In this document: one piece after another, positions 22,162 to 30,140 of the stretch
Numbering within the stretch: the stretch's first letter is position 1
Layout of the letters: each line of letters opens with the position of its first letter
Assembly: GCF_000007985.2 (NCBI RefSeq)
Contig: NC_002939.5
Location: forward strand, 3,330,001-3,362,000
From: Geobacter sulfurreducens PCA
Lineage (GTDB): Bacteria > Desulfobacterota > Desulfuromonadia > Geobacterales > Geobacteraceae
Direction: 5' to 3'
DNA: 32,000 nucleotides
The notes under the pieces: generated by a model
Seen by the model: the letters and a program-made list of their open reading frames with translations, nothing else
Databases searched by the model: none
Told to the model about the DNA's origin: nothing
Position numbers and translations under genes: made by a program

Positions 22162-22233
22162 GAAAACGAGATTTTTCGTCCTGACAAGCAAACCCTCAAC
22201 CTGACGCCGTCAAGGCGAAAAAGGCTCGTTTCC
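22162..22233. repeat. Structured intergenic element, copy E2 (flgA-flgH spacer)
   Basis: Arms are GAAAACGAGATTTTTCG (22162-22178) and CGAAAAAGGCTCGTTTCC (22216-22233). It shares GTCAAGGCG and the arm sequences with E1, and carries a compensatory C:G to A:U change in the stem. Confidence 0.6.
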
Positions 22234-22235
22234 CC

Positions 22236-22982
22236 CTAGAAATCCACCTGCACGGTGCCCACATCGATCACCCGCGCGGGGATCTCCTTCAAGGACCCCA
22301 TATTCTGGACCTTGATAATGTCTCCCTCGGCGCCGTTGCCCCGAGCCTTGCCGGTGGCTGTGAGGCGCAGGGCGGGACTTTCGGCGATGATGGTCACCAG
22401 TTGGCCGCTTTTCACCAGGGGCACCTTTTCAATGCTTGCGCCGCTCAGGGGGGTATTGGCCCGAACCGCATTCTTGACGCGCTTGCCCACCACCTCGTCG
22501 ATGCTCCGGTACACCCTGCCGTTTACCGAAGAGATATCCCGCTTCTGCACTGTCACATCGTCGCTGGTGATAATGTCTCCCCGTGCCAGAGGATGGGCGG
22601 CAACCACCGCATCAGCCAGAGCTTCCACGTCGACGGTCACGGGGATGTTCCGCTGCACCCGGTCGTCGACCCGGACGATCAGGGCCAGGTTGGCCCGGCC
22701 CCACCCTTCCCAGGAGCGGGGCGCCTGAACCTCGTAGGATACCGTCCCCGCCGGCAATTTCAGATCACCAATGGGAGCCATCTTACGGATCTCCGTCTCG
22801 ACCCCCAGTCCGGCGGTCCGCTCCCGCACGTACTCGGCAACCACGGCCCGAATCCCGGCTTCCTTGACCACCTGGGTCCCGGTGGTCGCGAACGCGACCC
22901 CGATGCACATCATGCAGGCGATGAGGGCCATCGCCGCGGCGCGCATCACCGACCATCCCTTTGCCAGCTGTTTACCGTTCAC
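22236..22982 (-). CDS. flgA: Flagellar P-ring assembly chaperone FlgA (SAF domain)
   Basis: The C-terminal ANTPLSGASIEKVPLVKSGQLVTIIAESPALRLTATGKARGNGAEGDIIKVQNMGSLKEIPARVIDVGTVQV is the typical FlgA pattern. The start is uncertain: GTG at 22982 or ATG at 22946, the latter giving the signal peptide MRAAAMALIACMMCIGVAFA. Confidence 0.8.
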   Translation of the reverse strand: MNGKQLAKGWSVMRAAAMALIACMMCIGVAFATTGTQVVKEAGIRAVVAEYVRERTAGLGVETEIRKMAPIGDLKLPAGTVSYEVQAPRSWEGWGRANLALIVRVDDRVQRNIPVTVDVEALADAVVAAHPLARGDIITSDDVTVQKRDISSVNGRVYRSIDEVVGKRVKNAVRANTPLSGASIEKVPLVKSGQLVTIIAESPALRLTATGKARGNGAEGDIIKVQNMGSLKEIPARVIDVGTVQVDF

Positions 22983-22989
22983 GGTTCAC

Positions 22990-23778
22990 TTACCGCCGCA
23001 GATTGTTGGCCTGCTGGAGCATCTCGTCGGCTGCCTGGACCGCCTTGGAGTTGACTTCATAGGCCCGCTGCCCCACGATCATGTTCACCATCTCTTCCAT
23101 GACGCTCACGTTGCTCATCTCCAGGAACCCCTGGGCCAGCGTGCCGATCCCGTTCTGCCCCGGGGTGCCGGTGGTGGGAGTGCCCGAGGAATCCGACTCC
23201 TGGAAGAGATTGCGCCCGAGGGCGGTGAGCCCCGACGGATTGGAGAAGGTGGCCAGCTGAATGTTGCCGATATTGGTGGGCGACGTCTGGCCCGCCTGCG
23301 TGACCGACACGGTGCCGTCGTTGCCAACGCTGATGGAGGTGGCGTTACTGGGCACCACCAGCTCGGGGAGCATGGGATAGCCGTCGGAAGTGACCACCCT
23401 GCCCTGGTCGTCGCGCTTGAAGGATCCGGCGCGGGAGTAGGTCGTGGTGCCGTCGGGCATCTGGATCTGGAAGAAGCCGTCCCCTTCGATGGCGATATCG
23501 AGCTCATTGCCGGTCTGATTGATGTTCCCCTCGCTGAACAGCTTCGTCACGGCGGCCAGCTTGGCGCCGAGGCCGATCTGGATGCCGCTCGGTACCTGGG
23601 TCGAGCTCGTGGAGGGGGCGCCGGAGGTTTTCAGGTTCTGGTACATGAGATCCTGGAAATCGGCTCGGCTCTTCTTGAAGCCCGCGGTGTTGACGTTGGC
23701 CAGGTTGTTGGCGACGACGTCGATGTTCGTCTGCTGGGCCTGCATCCCTGAGGCCGCCGTCCACAATGCTCTGATCAT
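22990..23778 (-). CDS. flgG: Flagellar distal rod protein FlgG
   Basis: [47 protein letters not shown] and the C-terminal [38 protein letters not shown]. Confidence 0.95.
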   Translation of the reverse strand: MIRALWTAASGMQAQQTNIDVVANNLANVNTAGFKKSRADFQDLMYQNLKTSGAPSTSSTQVPSGIQIGLGAKLAAVTKLFSEGNINQTGNELDIAIEGDGFFQIQMPDGTTTYSRAGSFKRDDQGRVVTSDGYPMLPELVVPSNATSISVGNDGTVSVTQAGQTSPTNIGNIQLATFSNPSGLTALGRNLFQESDSSGTPTTGTPGQNGIGTLAQGFLEMSNVSVMEEMVNMIVGQRAYEVNSKAVQAADEMLQQANNLRR

Positions 23779-23876
23779 GTTTTTCTCCTTGTATGGTTCC
23801 TGTGCACTCTGTAGGGGCGCATTGCGCGCGCCTTGGGCGGACGCGATCCGCCCTCGGGATTACAGGTCCCGGATCC

Positions 23877-24605
23877 CTAGATTTTGCCGACTTCGTTGGC
23901 AGCCTTGCCGGCCATATCGTCGTAGGCTTTGACCGCCTTCGAGCACATTTCAAAGAAACGCTGGGTCTCGATCAGTTGGACCATCTCCTGGATGGCACTC
24001 ACGTTCGACAGCTCCAGGTAGCCCTGGCGCACCGGCTCGCCCTGTACGGGCTGCGGCACGGCCTGGGGATCGGTGGGCACGAAGAGGGCGTTGCCGTTCT
24101 TCTGGAGGGCGTAGGGCTTGGGGAAATCAACCACCTCCAGAGTTCCCACCGGACTGCCGTCCACCAGGATTTCCCCCCTGGCGTTGATCTCCACCCGACT
24201 CCCGTTGATGACGATGGGACCGCCGCCCGAAACCTCGTAACCATCTGCGGTCACCAGCTTGCCCGTTGCGTCGAGCTTGAAGTTCCCCTGCCGGGTGTAT
24301 GCCTTCCCTTCAGGAGTGTTGACCACGAAGAAACCGTCGCCGTCGATGGCCAGATCGAACGTATTGCCGGTCTGGGAGACCGAGCCACGGGAATGGTCGG
24401 TGAAAAATGCGGTTTCGGAGTAGACCGGAGCGTCGGTTGTGCCGGCCTGGGGAACCTTGCCGGCGGCCTGGAGGAGGCTTTCGAAGGTCATCCGGTCCTT
24501 CTTGAAGCCGGGGGTGTTCACGTTGGCCAGGTTGTTGGAAAGGACGTCGAGCCGCTTCATGGCTGCGATATTGCCGGAAAGTGCCGAATAGATGCCGCTG
24601 TTCAT
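23877..24605 (-). CDS. flgF: Flagellar proximal rod protein FlgF (FlgG paralogue)
   Basis: [38 protein letters not shown] and the C-terminal GYLELSNVSAIQEMVQLIETQRFFEMCSKAVKAYDDM. 242 aa, located upstream of flgG. Confidence 0.85.
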   Translation of the reverse strand: MNSGIYSALSGNIAAMKRLDVLSNNLANVNTPGFKKDRMTFESLLQAAGKVPQAGTTDAPVYSETAFFTDHSRGSVSQTGNTFDLAIDGDGFFVVNTPEGKAYTRQGNFKLDATGKLVTADGYEVSGGGPIVINGSRVEINARGEILVDGSPVGTLEVVDFPKPYALQKNGNALFVPTDPQAVPQPVQGEPVRQGYLELSNVSAIQEMVQLIETQRFFEMCSKAVKAYDDMAGKAANEVGKI

Positions 24606-24631
24606 AGAGTATCCTCCACGGGGCGCCGCCC

Positions 24632-25384
24632 CTACCTCATGTTCTTCATCTTGGCCCGCAGCCGCACGATGGCCTGGCTGTGAAGCTGGGAGATGCGCGA
24701 CTCCGACAGTTCCAGCACGGCGCCGATTTCCTTCAGGTTCAGTTCCTCGTAGTAGTAGAGGGTAATGACCAACCGTTCCTTTTCGGGAAGCGACTCAATG
24801 GACTCGGTGAGCGAATCGAGCATCTGGCGCGCCATGAGCTGGCTCTGGGGGTTCTCGATGGAGGTGTCGGCCAGGATATCCAGGAGCCCGAAGGGGCTGC
24901 CGTCGTCGTCCTCCCAGGACTCATCCAGACTGACGAAGGAGAGGAGATGAATCTCCTCCAGCATCTGGTAATACTCGTCCACACTCATCTTGAGGGCGGT
25001 GGCCACCTCTTCGCTGGTGGGATTGCGCCCCAACTGGTGCTCCAGGAGCACGAATTCCTTCTCCAGTTTCTTGAACTTGTCCCGCAGAGACCGGGTCAGC
25101 CAGTCCTGGGAACGGAGTTCATCGATAATGGTTCCCCGGATCCGCTGCTCGGCAAAAGTCTTGAACTGTACGCCCCGGGTCGGGTCAAAGCGCTCCGCAG
25201 CGGTGATCAGACCAATGATCGCCGCGCTCATGAGGTCTTCCTGGTCCAGATGCGGGGGAAGCTGGGAGGCAATCCGCCCGACCAGGAATTTGACCAGTGG
25301 CAGATGGTTCACGATGAGTTCGTCGCGGGTCTGGGCCACCGACCGTTGGGCCTCCTGCTCGTATGCCTTCAGCATGCAATTCAT
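24632..25384 (-). CDS. fliA: Flagellar sigma factor FliA (sigma28)
   Basis: Region 2: [62 protein letters not shown]. Region 4: [41 protein letters not shown]. The ATG overlaps the flhG stop (ATGA). Confidence 0.9.
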   Translation of the reverse strand: MNCMLKAYEQEAQRSVAQTRDELIVNHLPLVKFLVGRIASQLPPHLDQEDLMSAAIIGLITAAERFDPTRGVQFKTFAEQRIRGTIIDELRSQDWLTRSLRDKFKKLEKEFVLLEHQLGRNPTSEEVATALKMSVDEYYQMLEEIHLLSFVSLDESWEDDDGSPFGLLDILADTSIENPQSQLMARQMLDSLTESIESLPEKERLVITLYYYEELNLKEIGAVLELSESRISQLHSQAIVRLRAKMKNMR

Positions 25385-26310
25385 AGGTTCTCCACCGGTG
25401 CGCCGAGGAAGCGCCGGAAGAAGAACTGAACGTTCCCCTTCACGCGCCGCTCGCCGCTGTTTTCAAGGATGCGCCGCGCCAGCGTGGTGAAGCAGCCGGC
25501 CGCAGCCGAATCGGGGCAGAGCTCCAGCACCGGCTTCTGGCTCTTCACCGCTTCAAGCACGGCATCGTCGCGCACCACGCATCCAAGGTAATCGAGAGAG
25601 ATGTCAAGAAACCGGCTCGTCACGTTCGACAGTTTGGCAAACACCTGCAGGGCGTCGTCCGTATCCCGGGCCATGTTGACCAGAACCTTGAAGTAGCGTT
25701 CCGAATGGCGTGTCGCCAGAAGCTTGATCAGGGCATAGACGTCGGTTATGGAGGTCGGCTCGGGGGTAACCACCACCACGATTTCCTGAGAGGCGCTGTT
25801 GAAGTAGGTGACGTTGTCCGATATGCCGGCCTCGGTATCAATGACGAGAATGTCGAAATCCTCTTCCAAGGCGTCCAGTTCATCCATGATCTTCACCCGT
25901 TCCTGGAGCCCCAGGGACGTGAAGTCGGGCAGCCCGGAGCCGGCCGGGATGACGCGGATGCCGCCGGGCCCCTCGGTTATGATCTCGTCAAGGCGCTTCT
26001 TGCCGGAGAAGACATCGTTCAGGGTATGATCGGGGGCAATGCCGATCAGCACGTCGATGTTGCCGAGCCCCAAGTCGGCGTCGATGACCAGGACCTTTTT
26101 GCCGCGCCGGGCCAAGGCCAGAGCCAGGTTCACCACCACGTTGCTCTTGCCGACTCCGCCCTTGCCGCTGGTCACGGAGATGACTCGAACCCCCTTCTGG
26201 TTCTGGCCTTCGCCGGCAGAGGGCTTCGTTGCCTTGCGCTGTTTTTTCACGGAAGTGGCAAGCTGACGGAGGCTGTCAGCCTGGTCACCCGTTGTCGCCG
26301 CGAGGTTCAT
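25381..26310 (-). CDS. flhG: MinD/ParA-type ATPase FlhG (FleN/YlxH), regulator of flagellar number and placement
   Basis: Deviant Walker [14 protein letters not shown]-terminal FlhF-activating DQAxxLR motif ([10 protein letters not shown]). C-terminal amphipathic helix [10 protein letters not shown]. The ATG overlaps the flhF stop (ATGA). Confidence 0.9.
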   Translation of the reverse strand: MNLAATTGDQADSLRQLATSVKKQRKATKPSAGEGQNQKGVRVISVTSGKGGVGKSNVVVNLALALARRGKKVLVIDADLGLGNIDVLIGIAPDHTLNDVFSGKKRLDEIITEGPGGIRVIPAGSGLPDFTSLGLQERVKIMDELDALEEDFDILVIDTEAGISDNVTYFNSASQEIVVVVTPEPTSITDVYALIKLLATRHSERYFKVLVNMARDTDDALQVFAKLSNVTSRFLDISLDYLGCVVRDDAVLEAVKSQKPVLELCPDSAAAGCFTTLARRILENSGERRVKGNVQFFFRRFLGAPVENL

Positions 26311-27662
26311 TGCTTACTCTCCCCCAAAACCAGCCCGGCAAGCCTGCCGGGAGTTGCAATTTCAAGATCTTCGGGCACCCGTTGCCCGGTGGTGAAGTAG
26401 GAAAGCGGGAATTTGGTCCGCAGATGCGCGTTAACGATACTGCCGTAGCTCTCGCTCTCGTCCAGCTTGGTGAAGATCACGCGGGAAACCGACAGTACAC
26501 CGAACCGCTCCACTATTTCCAGCACCTCACGGTCCCTGGTGGTGGCTGCCAGACAGAGATGAATCTCAATGGCGAAGCGCGATTCCAGGAACCCCTTGAG
26601 CTCTTCGATCTTCTCGCTGTCCTTGTGGCTGCGGCCGGCCGTATCGATCAGGATCAGCTCCTTGTCGGAGTGGAGCTCGATTGCCGCCTCCAACTCAGCC
26701 GCGGTGGCAGCCACCTCCACCGGCACGCCCATGATGCGCGAGTAGGTCTTCAACTGCTCCACGGCACCCACCCGGAAGTTGTCGATGGTGATCAGGGCGG
26801 CCCGGTGCCCTTCGCGCAGGGCATAGTGGGCGGCCAGCTTGGCAATGGTGGTCGTCTTGCCGACCCCTGTCGGTCCCACCAGGGCGATGATCCGCGGGCC
26901 GTTCTTTTTGACGGTCAGGGGGCCGGAGCACTTGATGGCGCTCTTGAATGCCTGGGGCAGGAACGAACGGATCGCCTCCACGGTCCCCCCCTTGCGGGCC
27001 TCCGGCTTCAGGTGGTCCATGACGGCCCTGATGGCGCCCCGCTCGAGCCCCTTGCGATGGAGTTCGGTCACCACCACCCGGAGCGCCGCCTTGATGCCGC
27101 CAGATGCCTTTTCGGTTTCGGTCTGAGGTGCCTTGGCCGGCGCCGGATCTGCATCTGCTTTCTCGGCGGACTGCTCCGCCCCCGCTTCCTTTGCGGCCAG
27201 GGTCTTGAAGAGGATCTTCTTCATCTCTTCCAGGTCCTGCTTGGGGATGGAGCGCGGATTGAACTCACGGGCAGCCGGAGCCTCTGCGGCTGCGGCACTT
27301 TCCTCGCGACTTTGCGCCTCGGCGGCCTTGGCCTTGGCCTCCGCCTCCTGGCGCGTCATCTGCTCCACCTTCAGGCGCAGGTCTTTCAGCTCGCGGGCCA
27401 GGGGGGCAAGCATGGAGTTCTCCAGCATCTCCTTGGCCGAGAGGTGCTGCTCCTGGGCTTCCCGGTAGGGATTGGGCGCCGGCTGGCGCGGCTTCACCTC
27501 AAGGGCCGCCGTCACCTTGATCACGGGCTTGCTGAAGAAGCCGAGGAAACCTTTCTTCCGCTCCTTCTTGGAAGAAATGATCATGGCGTCGGGCCCCAGT
27601 TCGGCCTTCACCATCCGGAGGGCTTCGGACATATCCACCGCTTCGAAAGTCTTAACCAGCAT
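26307..27662 (-). CDS. flhF: SRP-type GTPase FlhF
   Basis: G1 [16 protein letters not shown]3 IDTAGRS, G4 TKLDES. A charged A/E/K-rich B-domain precedes the NG domain. The gene overlaps the flhA 3' end by 11 nt. Confidence 0.9.
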   Translation of the reverse strand: MLVKTFEAVDMSEALRMVKAELGPDAMIISSKKERKKGFLGFFSKPVIKVTAALEVKPRQPAPNPYREAQEQHLSAKEMLENSMLAPLARELKDLRLKVEQMTRQEAEAKAKAAEAQSREESAAAAEAPAAREFNPRSIPKQDLEEMKKILFKTLAAKEAGAEQSAEKADADPAPAKAPQTETEKASGGIKAALRVVVTELHRKGLERGAIRAVMDHLKPEARKGGTVEAIRSFLPQAFKSAIKCSGPLTVKKNGPRIIALVGPTGVGKTTTIAKLAAHYALREGHRAALITIDNFRVGAVEQLKTYSRIMGVPVEVAATAAELEAAIELHSDKELILIDTAGRSHKDSEKIEELKGFLESRFAIEIHLCLAATTRDREVLEIVERFGVLSVSRVIFTKLDESESYGSIVNAHLRTKFPLSYFTTGQRVPEDLEIATPGRLAGLVLGESKQ

Positions 27663-29742
27663 TGAGCGTCACCACCCCTAACGATTGGATTTTTATGCCT
27701 GACGGCACCTCGTTGTGCGACAGAACGACCAGATTGGGCACGAACCGCTCGGTGAGCTTTTTGACATGCCGCCGGATGGACGGCGAAGCCAGCAGTACCG
27801 GCTGGGTTCCGATCTGGTTGAATTTTTCCATCTCCTGCCGAATCCCGGAGAGGATCAGCTGGGCCGTATTGGGTTCGATGGCCAGGTAGCTCCCCTGATC
27901 CGACGGTTGGATCGCCTCGGCCACGACCTCCTCGACCCGGCGGTCGAGGCTGATGAGACACAGGGTGTCGTCGTCCCGCTTGTATTGCTCCACGATGGAG
28001 CGGCCCAGTCCCTGGCGGACGAACTCGGTCAGGGTGTCCGGGTCCTTGGTAAGCCCGCCGTAGTCGGCCAGGGTCTCCAGCACGGTCCGCAGATCGCGGA
28101 TGGAAACCCCTTCCCGCAGCAGGTTCCTGACGACACGCAGCACGGTTCCCAAGTTCAGGAGGTTCGGCACCAGGTCTTCCACAACCTTGGGGAAGGAGGA
28201 GGAAAGGTTGTCCAGCAGCTGCTGGAGCTCCTGGCGTCCCACCATTTCGTGGGAATGCTTGCGGATGATCTCGCTGATGTGCGTGGCGATGATGGTGGTG
28301 CTGTCCACCACGGTGTAGCCCGCCAGCTGTGCCTGTTCCTTCAGTTCGGGTCTGATCCAGATTGCGGGGAGCCCGAATACCGGCTCCGTGGTCCGGACGC
28401 CCTCGACCGGCATGGAAACGGCGCCCGAATCCATGGCCAGGTACTGGCCGATCATCTCGCCGCCGCCGACCTTGGCACCCTTGATGAGGATGTTGTACTC
28501 GTGGGGCTTGAGTTGCAGGTTGTCGTGGATGTGGACCGGAGGCACCACGAATCCCATCTTCTGGGCATACTGGCGACGAATCGAGCGAATCCGCTCCAGA
28601 AGCTCGCCTTCCTGGGCCGCATCCACCATGGGGACGAGACCGTACCCGACCTCCAGCTCCAGCATGTCCAGAGGGCGGATGGCGCCGGCCTGGTCGCCGG
28701 ACTCCCCGGTCTCCGCCGGTGCCGGCAGCGTCATGAGGTCGTCCTCCACCACCTGGGCTCTCTCCTTGGCCAGCCTGCCCGCCATGTAGGCCGCTCCGGA
28801 CAGGAGGAAGAAGGCCACATGGGGAAGCCCCGGGATGAGGCCGAAGGCGAAGAGAACCCCCGAGGAGACATAGAATGCCTTGGGATAGTTGAGGAACTGG
28901 CCCGAAATCTCGTGGCCGAAGTTCTTCTCGTCGGCCGAGCGCGTTACGATAATACCGGCGGCAGTGGAGATGATGAGTGCCGGGATCTGGGCCACGAGCC
29001 CCTCGCCGATGGTCAGCAGCGTGTAGTTCGAGAGGGCGGCCTCCAGGGGCATGCCGTTCTGCCAGACCCCGATAATGAACCCGCCAATGATGTTGACCAG
29101 CATGATCAGGATGCCGGCGACCGCATCGCCACGCACGAACTTGCTGGCACCGTCCATGGAGCCGTAGAAATCGGCTTCGCGTGACACCCGCGACCGGCGG
29201 CGCCGGGCCTCTTTCTCGTTGATGAGCCCCGAGGAGAGATCCGCATCGATGGCCATCTGCTTGCCGGGCATTGCATCGAGGGTGAAGCGGGCCGCCACCT
29301 CGGCCACCCTGCCGGCACCCTTGGTGATGACCACGAAGTTGATGATGACCAGAATCAGGAAGATGACCGCGCCGACCACATAGTTGCCGCCGACCACGAA
29401 CTGGCCGAAGGCCTTGATCACGTGCCCGGCGGCATCGACTCCTTCGTTGCCGTGGAGGAGAATGAGCCGGGTGCCGGCCACGTTCAGCGCCAGCCGGAAA
29501 AGCGTTGTAACCAGCAGTACCGACGGGAATACCGAGAAATCCAGAGGCTGCTGGGTGTAGAGGGCCACCAGCAGAATTGCCAGCGCAATGGTTATGTTGG
29601 CGGCCAGGAACAGGTCCAGCAGAAACGCCGGCAACGGGATGATCATTAGGGCCAGGACGCCGATCAGCGCCACAGCCATATAGATATCCGAATTGCTTTT
29701 TGCAGGCTGGAGATCGACTGCGTCCACCGCCGTGTTGGCCAT
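27652..29742 (-). CDS. flhA: Flagellar type III export gate protein FlhA
   Basis: IALIGVLALMIIPLPAFLLDLFLAANITIALAILLVALY, FPSVLLVTTLFRLALNVAGTRLIL, and DAMPGKQMAIDADL from the FHIPEP family. The start is set at the ATG at 29742, preceded by GAGAGGAA, rather than the track start at 29766. Confidence 0.95.
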   Translation of the reverse strand: MANTAVDAVDLQPAKSNSDIYMAVALIGVLALMIIPLPAFLLDLFLAANITIALAILLVALYTQQPLDFSVFPSVLLVTTLFRLALNVAGTRLILLHGNEGVDAAGHVIKAFGQFVVGGNYVVGAVIFLILVIINFVVITKGAGRVAEVAARFTLDAMPGKQMAIDADLSSGLINEKEARRRRSRVSREADFYGSMDGASKFVRGDAVAGILIMLVNIIGGFIIGVWQNGMPLEAALSNYTLLTIGEGLVAQIPALIISTAAGIIVTRSADEKNFGHEISGQFLNYPKAFYVSSGVLFAFGLIPGLPHVAFFLLSGAAYMAGRLAKERAQVVEDDLMTLPAPAETGESGDQAGAIRPLDMLELEVGYGLVPMVDAAQEGELLERIRSIRRQYAQKMGFVVPPVHIHDNLQLKPHEYNILIKGAKVGGGEMIGQYLAMDSGAVSMPVEGVRTTEPVFGLPAIWIRPELKEQAQLAGYTVVDSTTIIATHISEIIRKHSHEMVGRQELQQLLDNLSSSFPKVVEDLVPNLLNLGTVLRVVRNLLREGVSIRDLRTVLETLADYGGLTKDPDTLTEFVRQGLGRSIVEQYKRDDDTLCLISLDRRVEEVVAEAIQPSDQGSYLAIEPNTAQLILSGIRQEMEKFNQIGTQPVLLASPSIRRHVKKLTERFVPNLVVLSHNEVPSGIKIQSLGVVTLNAG

Positions 29743-29792
29743 GAGAAATTCCTCTCGTAAAATCAAGCGCTTTTCGTGCGCACCACTCTATG

Positions 29793-29808
29793 TGCAACCG
29801 TTGTGCCA
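29793..29808 (-). promoter_or_regulatory. Sigma54 promoter of the flhA-...-flgI operon
   Basis: The minus strand reads TGGCAC-AACGG-TTGCA, a perfect match to TGGCAC-N5-TTGCA. It lies about 50 nt upstream of the flhA ATG in a 400-nt intergenic region with an AT-rich upstream stretch. Confidence 0.7.
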
Positions 29809-30031
29809 GCTAACTAAAGTAGAAACGAGCAGGTAACATTGGATGAAACGTGGTGGGCGGAAAATCTTTTTTTATGGAAAGGGCTAAAGAATATTGAGAG
29901 TTGACCGATATGAATTATAGTCATTCACATCGACAGGTTTTTGAAATCTGCCCGTCAATGTTTTGACTGCACACCACTTACCCTATTGAAATTAAACGAA
30001 TTATCCCTGCCGCACCCGAATTGTGCCAGAG

Positions 30032-30078
30032 GGACAAAAAAAAGCCGCCCCCTCTGGAGGAGCGGCTTTTTTTTGTCC
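30032..30078. terminator. Bidirectional rho-independent terminator
   Basis: GGACAAAAAAAAGCCGC-ccctctggagga-GCGGCTTTTTTTTGTCC: a GC stem flanked by an A8 run and a T8 run that are themselves complementary. It lies about 65 nt downstream of the minus-strand oxidoreductase gene stop. Confidence 0.75.
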
Positions 30079-30140
30079 GCAGCGCACTGTTACGCGCTTG
30101 GCGCCCGCACGGTTACGGACACGGACAGTCCGTCATCAGC

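Noticed and set aside
22162-22233. Possible GEMM-I (c-di-GMP/cGAMP) riboswitch, given the AGCAAACCC and GACGCC...AAGGC strings and the abundance of GEMM-I in Geobacter
   Set aside because: The strings are on the strand antisense to the flg operon. The characteristic P1/P2 helices and tetraloop-receptor elements are not present, and the resemblance is limited to a few short words.
27608-29797. 729-aa ORF on the minus strand covering all of flhA in another reading frame
   Set aside because: The product is extremely R/P/G-rich (HGGGRSRSPACKK..., PGRRHPPSGHAG...) with no recognisable motifs. The flhA frame has unmistakable FHIPEP motifs. Long stop-free off-frame ORFs are expected at this GC content.
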